Below are positions 57,813 through 64,000 of a stretch of DNA of 64,000 nt, one piece after another. The stretch is from Chloroflexota bacterium (GTDB taxonomy: Bacteria > Chloroflexota > UBA11872 > VXOZ01): NCBI GenBank assembly GCA_965221905.1, contig OZ244922.1:1536001-1600000 (forward strand), given 5' to 3'. The notes under the pieces are model-generated. The model saw only the letters and a program-made list of their open reading frames with translations. It had not been told where the DNA came from and searched no databases. Both the position numbers and the translations under genes were made by a program. How positions within the stretch are numbered: position 1 is the first letter of the stretch; each line of letters opens with the position of its first letter.

Positions 57813-57840
57813 CTGGATTCCGGCTTGCGCCGGAATGACG
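57813..57840 (-). repeat. CGTC-type REP-like palindrome
   Basis: Minus strand CGTCATTCCGGCGCAAGCCGGAATCCAG. Confidence 0.7.
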
Positions 57841-57876
57841 GCATTCTGTGGCAGGTTGCGGATGAGCAGATATAGA

Positions 57877-57912
57877 AGAGGGTCTGTGGGTTTCATGATC
57901 CACAGACCCTCT
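57877..57912 (-). terminator. Probable terminator of hflKC
   Basis: AGAGGGTCTGTGG-N10-CCACAGACCCTCT, a 13-bp stem about 110 nt downstream of the hflC stop. Confidence 0.65.
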
Positions 57913-58019
57913 GTCCGCATTCAGCGATGGCCGTTTACTTCAGCCAACGCACACTTGCTACTTTCCCCGTCCCGGCATTACATTGGCAGAGCCGTTCTTT
58001 GGGAAAGCACGCTTGTGCG

Positions 58020-58937
58020 TTACTCGTCCCCTTCTAGCGCAGGGGCCAATACGGGCAGCACACTGCCAACGTTAGGCCGCGGCGACGGATCGATGAGATA
58101 CTTGAAGAACTCGCTGTCCGGCGAAATCACAAGTATGTCGCCTTGCTTGAGTACATTGACATAAGCCTCTAGCCGTCGGCGGAAGGCAAAGAATTCAGGG
58201 TCCTGATTGAGGGCATTGGCGTAAATCGCGATTGCCTGGGCGTCGCCCTCGCCCCGGATTTGCGCCGCTTCCTCGTTGGCTACAGCGACGATCACGACGC
58301 GCTCACGGTCGGCCGACGCCATGATCTCGGCGCCTTGCTCCTCGCCTTCAGCGCGGTAGCGGTTTGCTTCACGGGCGCGTTCGGCCTTCATGCGCTCGAA
58401 GACACTGTCCTCGACTTCTTCGGGCAGGTCGGCGCGCTTGAAGCGCACGTCGATGACCTCGATGCCAAAGTCCAGGGCGCGCACACGGCTGGCAATCGTA
58501 ACCGCATCCATGATGTTCTCACGTTCGCCGGCGATCATCACGTCAAAGTTGAACGTAGCGAGTGTGCGACGCAGCTCCGAAAACACCACGTCGTCCAATC
58601 GCGACCGAGCGCCGACCTCATTCTGCACGCTAATGAAGAACTTGATCGGATCGATGATGCGCCAGCGTGTGACGTGGTCAACGCGCACACGTTTCTTGTC
58701 AAGAGTGAGATACTCTTGAGGGGCGGCATCGCTCGAGAGCAAGCGCCGGTCAAAGTACACTGCATCTTGAATGAAGGGCAGTTTAAAGTAGAGCCCCGGA
58801 TCATTGGCAGTGTACTGGTACTCGCCAAGTTGCAAGACGATGGCCTGATTAGTTTCTGTGACGACAAACGTCACCTGCGAAAACACGAACAACGCCAGTG
58901 CCCCAAGGGCAACAATTACAGTTAGGGTCCGTCCCAT
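58020..58937 (-). CDS. hflC: FtsH modulator HflC
   Basis: N-terminal TM, PGLYFKLPF, LTLDKK, FGIEVIDVR..DLP, RMKAER, DPEFFAF. Confidence 0.95.
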   Translation of the reverse strand: MGRTLTVIVALGALALFVFSQVTFVVTETNQAIVLQLGEYQYTANDPGLYFKLPFIQDAVYFDRRLLSSDAAPQEYLTLDKKRVRVDHVTRWRIIDPIKFFISVQNEVGARSRLDDVVFSELRRTLATFNFDVMIAGERENIMDAVTIASRVRALDFGIEVIDVRFKRADLPEEVEDSVFERMKAERAREANRYRAEGEEQGAEIMASADRERVVIVAVANEEAAQIRGEGDAQAIAIYANALNQDPEFFAFRRRLEAYVNVLKQGDILVISPDSEFFKYLIDPSPRPNVGSVLPVLAPALEGDE

Positions 58938-58949
58938 GTGACACCTCCT

Positions 58950-59996
58950 TTATTGACTAACGTTTGATGGTTGTGATCCGGACGTCCCGGATTGCAGGCT
59001 GCGCAGAGGGAGGAAGGGCAGAACGCCGCTGTCAGATTGCGAGATCAGCACTTTCTCCACGTTCGCCATGGCTTGCTCAACCGCCTCGATGTACATGCGC
59101 TCACGAGTCACCTCGGGAGCAAGGCGGTATTCTGCGAGGATCGCGAGGAAGCGCTCGCTCTCGCCGCGCGCACTGCGAATGCGCTCTTCTTGGTAGGCTA
59201 GCGCTTGCTCCAGAAGTCGCTTTGCCTCACCGCGCGCCCGTGGCACCACGTCTTCGCGGTAGGCCTCTGCTTCGTTCACCTTGCGTTCGCGGTCCTCACG
59301 CGCGCGCACCACTTCGTGGAATGCGTCTCGCACTTGATCGGGCGCGTCCGCCACCTGCAGACGAACGTCGGTGATCGAGATTCCCATGTTGTATTCGTCT
59401 ATTAGTTCCTGCAAATAGGCGCGTGTATTTTCCTGGACCTCGGCCCGGCGTTCGGTAATTACGCCGTCAATCGGCATCTTGCCGACGGCGCTGCGCAGGG
59501 CCACTTCAGTGGTTGTATGGAGGACATCTTCAGGATTATTAACGTTGAAGACGAAGGCTGGAGCATCCGTCACACGGTACTGCACGAGCATACCGACTTC
59601 GACGATGTTCTCGTCGGCCGTGAGCATCAACGCTTCCTCGAGGATGCGCCGCGATTCCTGACCGCTCACACTGCGGAAGCCGATTTCAGCACGACGGACG
59701 TTGCCAATGTCAACGATCACTACGTTTTGGATCGGCCAGGGAAGGTGATAATTCACGCCGGGCGAAGAAGTGTTTACATGCCGTCCAAATTGGAGGACGA
59801 CACCTTGTTCGGCAGGATCCACGATGTAAACGCCCGACCCTACCCACAGCACGACCGCGACGATAGCGCCGAGAATGATGAAGCGCTGTAACCGTCGGGC
59901 CCGATCCCGGGTCTGACGGAGCATTTCTCCGAAATCCTCATTGTCTTCATCGTCCGGCGGCCCGCCGCGCGGCCCACCACGGTCATAGATGGACAT
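58950..59996 (-). CDS. hflK: FtsH modulator HflK
   Basis: GVVLQFG, MLTADENIV, VQYRV, VRDAF, PRARGEA, APEVTRERMY. Confidence 0.95.
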   Translation of the reverse strand: MSIYDRGGPRGGPPDDEDNEDFGEMLRQTRDRARRLQRFIILGAIVAVVLWVGSGVYIVDPAEQGVVLQFGRHVNTSSPGVNYHLPWPIQNVVIVDIGNVRRAEIGFRSVSGQESRRILEEALMLTADENIVEVGMLVQYRVTDAPAFVFNVNNPEDVLHTTTEVALRSAVGKMPIDGVITERRAEVQENTRAYLQELIDEYNMGISITDVRLQVADAPDQVRDAFHEVVRAREDRERKVNEAEAYREDVVPRARGEAKRLLEQALAYQEERIRSARGESERFLAILAEYRLAPEVTRERMYIEAVEQAMANVEKVLISQSDSGVLPFLPLRSLQSGTSGSQPSNVSQ

Positions 59997-60609
59997 CCCT
60001 TCGCCTCCTTTTGGCTTGAGATACGTTTTAGACTCTGATCAGTGTCGCTGTTCGACTAGCGACTCCGCAGGTTGCACGCTGCATTACTCTATACTACTAC
60101 CGTACCATTCTCCGGCTCAATTGTAGAGTGCAGCCGTGCGTAGTATGTACTTGCCAGCCGCGACGAAATTCGTCGGCGACTTACGTAGGCAAGAGTGCTT
60201 TACGAGCAGACCCCACTACTGCGGCGATAGCGATGTAACGACCAGGCGTCGTTGCTCGCCAGCCGCGAGCCGGGTTTCAAGCCTGAAGCGGGCATTTTTT
60301 CATCTCCTATGCCAATAGGGTTGACAGTAAATTCAATGAGAAAGATGCGCAGCAAAAGTGATTGCGAGCATACGGGGACTATTCCCGCCAACATCAATTC
60401 TCCAGGGTCGTGTCTGCTATCCGGCGCAGACCATGGGGTTTCGCATTCTGTGTTGATCGCTTTCGCAGAGCAGGTAGGCACGTGTACGTCAAGAGGTGAT
60501 ATGGCCGGCTGGGCATGTAGTATAATGGGCTAAACTGGTGACAAAGAAACAGAAATACGAGTGCGAGAAGTGAGTCCGACCATACTTTCGCTAGAGAAGG
60601 AAGACGACC

Positions 60610-61128
60610 ATGCTTTCAGAAAAGGTGCTAGCAGCATACAACAAACAGATTACTGCAGAACTCTACGCCTCAAATCTCTACTTGGCCATGGGAGCATATT
60701 TCGATGCTCTTGCTTACCGCGGTTTTGGTACCTGGCTGCGAGTGCAAAGCGAAGAGGAACGTGGGCACGCGCTGCGAGTCATCGACATCGTGGTGGATCG
60801 AGGAGGCGACGTTGACATTGGAGACATCGAAGCGACTAGTGCTCGTTTAGAATCTCCCGCGGCTGTGTTTGAGCAGGTATTGGCGCAGGAACGAGAAGTG
60901 ACGCGCATGTTCCATGATCTCTCTAATCTCGCCGAGCAGGAGAGCGACCACACGACGCTCGCGGAACTGGAGTGGTTCCTCCTCGAGCAAGTGGAAGAAG
61001 AGCGCGTCGCGGGCGATATTCTGAAGGAAGTTAGGCGCGTGCAGGATAACCTAAGCGGAATGCTTGTGCTCGACCGCGAGTTAGCAGGGCGTGCTGCAGG
61101 AAACGACCAACAGCCTGCTGCCCCATAG
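60610..61128 (+). CDS. ftnA: Non-heme ferritin
   Basis: QITAELYASNLYLAM, QSEEERGHA, EREVT, WFLLEQVEEE ferroxidase ligands; TATAAT at 60521. Confidence 0.92.
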   Translation: MLSEKVLAAYNKQITAELYASNLYLAMGAYFDALAYRGFGTWLRVQSEEERGHALRVIDIVVDRGGDVDIGDIEATSARLESPAAVFEQVLAQEREVTRMFHDLSNLAEQESDHTTLAELEWFLLEQVEEERVAGDILKEVRRVQDNLSGMLVLDRELAGRAAGNDQQPAAP

Positions 61129-61178
61129 CTTGGGTCCTCTTGCAGAGCGCATCTGAGACCCAGTTCGCCACGGTGAAT

Positions 61179-61253
61179 TGGAGCGGGCAATGGGATTCGA
61201 ACCCACGGTCTCAACCTTGGGAAGGTCGCATGTTGCCACTACACCATGCCCGC
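61179..61253 (-). tRNA. tRNA-Gly (anticodon CCC)
   Basis: Minus strand GCGGGCATGGTGTAGTGGCAACATGCGACCTTCCCAAGGTTGAGACCGTGGGTTCGAATCCCATTGCCCGCTCCA: loop TTCCCAA, U73, CCA. Confidence 0.95.
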
Positions 61254-61443
61254 AAATGTGCTCAAATCCACTGTAGGCGAATCCGGTCGCTCTGTCAAGC
61301 ATTTGTAGTCTTGACTGCCACCGCCGCGGATGCATACCCAATGACTGAGTGGCGCCGGCGAGCAGAGCCCGCCACGGATTGTCTTGACTGATTCCTACAA
61401 AGCGTCCTAATAGCAGCGCTTACGATCAAACGGAGACGAAAAC

Positions 61444-62190
61444 ATGCCTGGAAAGTTAGCCGATCGCCGTGTCTTGGTTACGGGAGGAGGGCGCGGCATA
61501 GGCCGCGCGATTGCGCTGGCATGCGCGCGAGAAGGAGCGCGCGTGGCGATTACGGCGCGTTCTGAAGACCAGCTAGCCGCGGTGGTGGAAGAGATTCATG
61601 CCGCGGGCGGCTCGGCAGTTGCACTAGTCTGTGACGTAGGGGACCTAGGCCGGGTTGAAGGCATGGTAAGCGGGGCAGTGAAAGCACTGGGCGGGATCGA
61701 CATTCTCGTGAACAACGCCGGTGGCGGCACCGAGCACGCGCCGGTTGCTGAAAGCACGCCGGACTTGTGGGTTGCATGTATCTCTGCAAACCTCATCGGC
61801 ACCTATGCGTGCGCTCGCTATGTCTTGCCGCATATGGTTGCCGGCGGTAGCGGCAAGATCATCAATATCGGTTCAGGCATGGGCCACGAAGTGCGCGCTG
61901 GTATTTCGTCGTATGCCACGGCGAAGGCGGCAGTGTGGACGTTTACAAAGTGCCTCTCGCTGGAGGTGTGGCAACATGGCATTGACGTCAATGAGATCGT
62001 GCCCGGACCGGTGCTCACGCCTGCCACTGACGACCGCTTCACCCTCGACGGGCCTCCGCCTTTTGCGCCCAGCGAGCGTGTAAAGCTACCGGAAGAAGTA
62101 GCGGAATTAACCCTTTGGCTCGCTTCTCAACCTGCGGGCGGCCCCACCGGCCAGAGCTTTAGCCTCGCTCGCCGTCCTCCTGGAAGCTGA
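61444..62190 (+). CDS. Short-chain dehydrogenase/reductase
   Basis: TGGGRGIG, LVNNAG, IINIGS, YATAK. Confidence 0.92.
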   Translation: MPGKLADRRVLVTGGGRGIGRAIALACAREGARVAITARSEDQLAAVVEEIHAAGGSAVALVCDVGDLGRVEGMVSGAVKALGGIDILVNNAGGGTEHAPVAESTPDLWVACISANLIGTYACARYVLPHMVAGGSGKIINIGSGMGHEVRAGISSYATAKAAVWTFTKCLSLEVWQHGIDVNEIVPGPVLTPATDDRFTLDGPPPFAPSERVKLPEEVAELTLWLASQPAGGPTGQSFSLARRPPGS

Positions 62191-62319
62191 AGGAAAGCTA
62201 CTCGAGGAAGCTCTACAGCTCCGCTACGAAAGGGCGATCCCGGCCAGGTCAACGGAAACAAGGCGATACTAAGTCAGAAGCCAACTGTTAACTGCTGTCC
62301 ACCCAAGTCACTATGGTCG

Positions 62320-64000
62320 TTAAGGTGGAATCTGCAGGCGTTGACCGACGGAGATCACGTTGGGATCCGTGATTTGATTGAATTCTGCCAGCGCGGTCAC
62401 GGTGACGCTATATTGTTGTGCGATGGCGGTCAAGGTATCGCCTGCCTGCACCACATACTCTCTAATCGTCGGTGTGGGCACTAGCGATGGCGTAGGCGTT
62501 GGGGTTGGAAGATTACTAGCGCTAGGAGTTGGGACCGCCGTCGGCGGCGGCACGGCCAATATCAGCGGCGTAGGTGAAGGCACCGCAGGAGCCTGTGACG
62601 TGGAACTAGCAGCTACGTGGGTAGACGCCTCGACGGTCTCGGGGTACCAAAGACTGCGCGTGGCAAACGTGACTGCAATGAGCAGTGCGACGGACATGAA
62701 AACAACGCCTCGTGCAAGACCTTGCCCACCCACTAGCGGTGCGCTCGCACCGGCTGGCAGGAGCGGCCACCAGTTCGCTCTAATGGAAGCCGGCCACCAG
62801 TTCGCTTTGCCAACCAGGGTAACAATCCCCGGCACGAGCAACGAGCGCACAACTAACGCGTCGATGAGAATGCCTAGTGCGATAGCTGCACCCATTTGGA
62901 ATAGAAACTGGAGCGGCGCTGCCGTAAGCGCGGCAAAAGTGCCGGCAAGAATCAACCCGGCGGCCGTAATGATCGCGCCTGTACGCGCTGTGGCTATGCG
63001 AACACCTTCGCGCAAGGGCAGCGTCGCGCTCTCCTCGCGAATGCGGTGAACCAAGAAGACATTATAGTCGGCGCCCAGTGCGATGAGCATTACCATTACC
63101 ATCAACGGCAGCAGATAGTAAACCCCTTCGTGCCCGAGTACTCCTTGAAAGAGCAACGTTGAGAGCCCTAAGCTGCTGCCGTACGAAAAGACAACGGTGC
63201 CTACCAAATAAAGTGGAGCCACAAGGCTGCGGAGCAGAATTGCGAGAACGGCGAAGATGCCTACTACCGTAATGATTCCTACTGCCTGCAGGTCCCCGCG
63301 TACCACTCTTTTTATGTCAGCGCTTTCGGCAGTGGCGCCGCCAACGAAAGCACTGGCCGATGCGAGTGGGCCTGGTCGGTCTTGCCGAAGTGTCTCACGT
63401 ATCTTGTCTAGAGTTGAGATTGCTCCCGTACTCAACGGATCTTCCCCGAGAATGACGAAGAAGCGAATTGTGGTCTTGTCTTCTGAGAAGAAGAGGGGAG
63501 CGACAGCCTCCGAAGCTTCCTCAACGCCGGGCAGCGTTCTTGGGATCAAGTATGGGTGTGGATATGTCGAGAAGGCTTCTCGCAAACCGGAAAAGGCTTC
63601 CGCCAGGTCTTTCGTCGCTCCGCCGAGTGGATTCTGCTCGCCTTGTTGCGCGGCCAGGTCGCTTGGTAGGAATGCGGCGTCCGGCCTACCGGCAAAGTAA
63701 CCGGCCAACTGATCAAGTTGCGTGGCAATCCCGCCCGACAGTGCCTGAAACTGAGATTGCTGCGCCAAACGTTGTTGCGCAGAGAGACTGGAAGACGCAG
63801 CCGCGTTCTGCTCAAGTAGCCGGAATTCCTCGAGGAGTTGTGCTGCTTCCCCGTAAGCCGGCTGCGCAATTACATCCGGAAAAGCTTCGAACAATTCCGC
63901 TAGATAGCGGCCTACTGGAGCGAGACCTGTGGCAGGAGTGATCGCTTCTTGGTTTGGCGGAGGCTGGCGCAATTGTTGTGCCATTTGCCGCAACTGTGTG
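62320..64000 (-). CDS. MMPL-family (RND) transporter with C-terminal TM, Pro/Thr linker and LysM domain (5'-truncated)
   Basis: FVGGATA, LLRSLVAP, ALGADYNVFL..RIREE, ITAAGLILAGTF, LIDALVVRSLLVP, GKANWWP; tail YVVQAGDTL..IA..Y......L..FN.I.DPN.I.VGQRLQIP. Confidence 0.88.
   Translation of the reverse strand, partial: TQLRQMAQQLRQPPPNQEAITPATGLAPVGRYLAELFEAFPDVIAQPAYGEAAQLLEEFRLLEQNAAASSSLSAQQRLAQQSQFQALSGGIATQLDQLAGYFAGRPDAAFLPSDLAAQQGEQNPLGGATKDLAEAFSGLREAFSTYPHPYLIPRTLPGVEEASEAVAPLFFSEDKTTIRFFVILGEDPLSTGAISTLDKIRETLRQDRPGPLASASAFVGGATAESADIKRVVRGDLQAVGIITVVGIFAVLAILLRSLVAPLYLVGTVVFSYGSSLGLSTLLFQGVLGHEGVYYLLPLMVMVMLIALGADYNVFLVHRIREESATLPLREGVRIATARTGAIITAAGLILAGTFAALTAAPLQFLFQMGAAIALGILIDALVVRSLLVPGIVTLVGKANWWPASIRANWWPLLPAGASAPLVGGQGLARGVVFMSVALLIAVTFATRSLWYPETVEASTHVAASSTSQAPAVPSPTPLILAVPPPTAVPTPSASNLPTPTPTPSLVPTPTIREYVVQAGDTLTAIAQQYSVTVTALAEFNQITDPNVISVGQRLQIPP

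Overview
64 kb of a GC-rich (roughly 60%, by eye) bacterial chromosome, densely coding, with about 48 plausible CDS and two tRNAs (Arg-GCG, Gly-CCC). Tat-lipoprotein sugar-binding proteins, Pro/Thr-linked LysM, GTAG-type REP palindromes, PhyH and ceramidase paralogs and a long TPR protein suggest a Chloroflexota genome, possibly host-associated such as a sponge symbiont. That taxonomy is inference. Recognisable genes include a MoxR/DUF58/VWA cluster, glpX, comF, a divergent clpC, pepA, dgt, drrAB-like ABC genes, efp, tatA, ctpA, murJ, ppc, hflKC and ferritin. No CRISPR array, prophage, transposase or rRNA was seen. The strongest leads are: (1) two paralogous multi-pass membrane proteins with C-terminal BON-like domains flanking an S66 peptidase; (2) a stand-alone duplicate of the ClpC N-domain in front of a ClpC whose second Walker B is altered, followed closely by comF; (3) an AccB/BCCP homolog after efp that lacks the biotin-accepting lysine and has no adjacent accC; (4) an MMPL transporter fused to a LysM tail, with a short duplication at the junction; (5) a PEP carboxylase missing two aspartate-feedback residues. 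All calls come from reading motifs by eye; no database searches were run.
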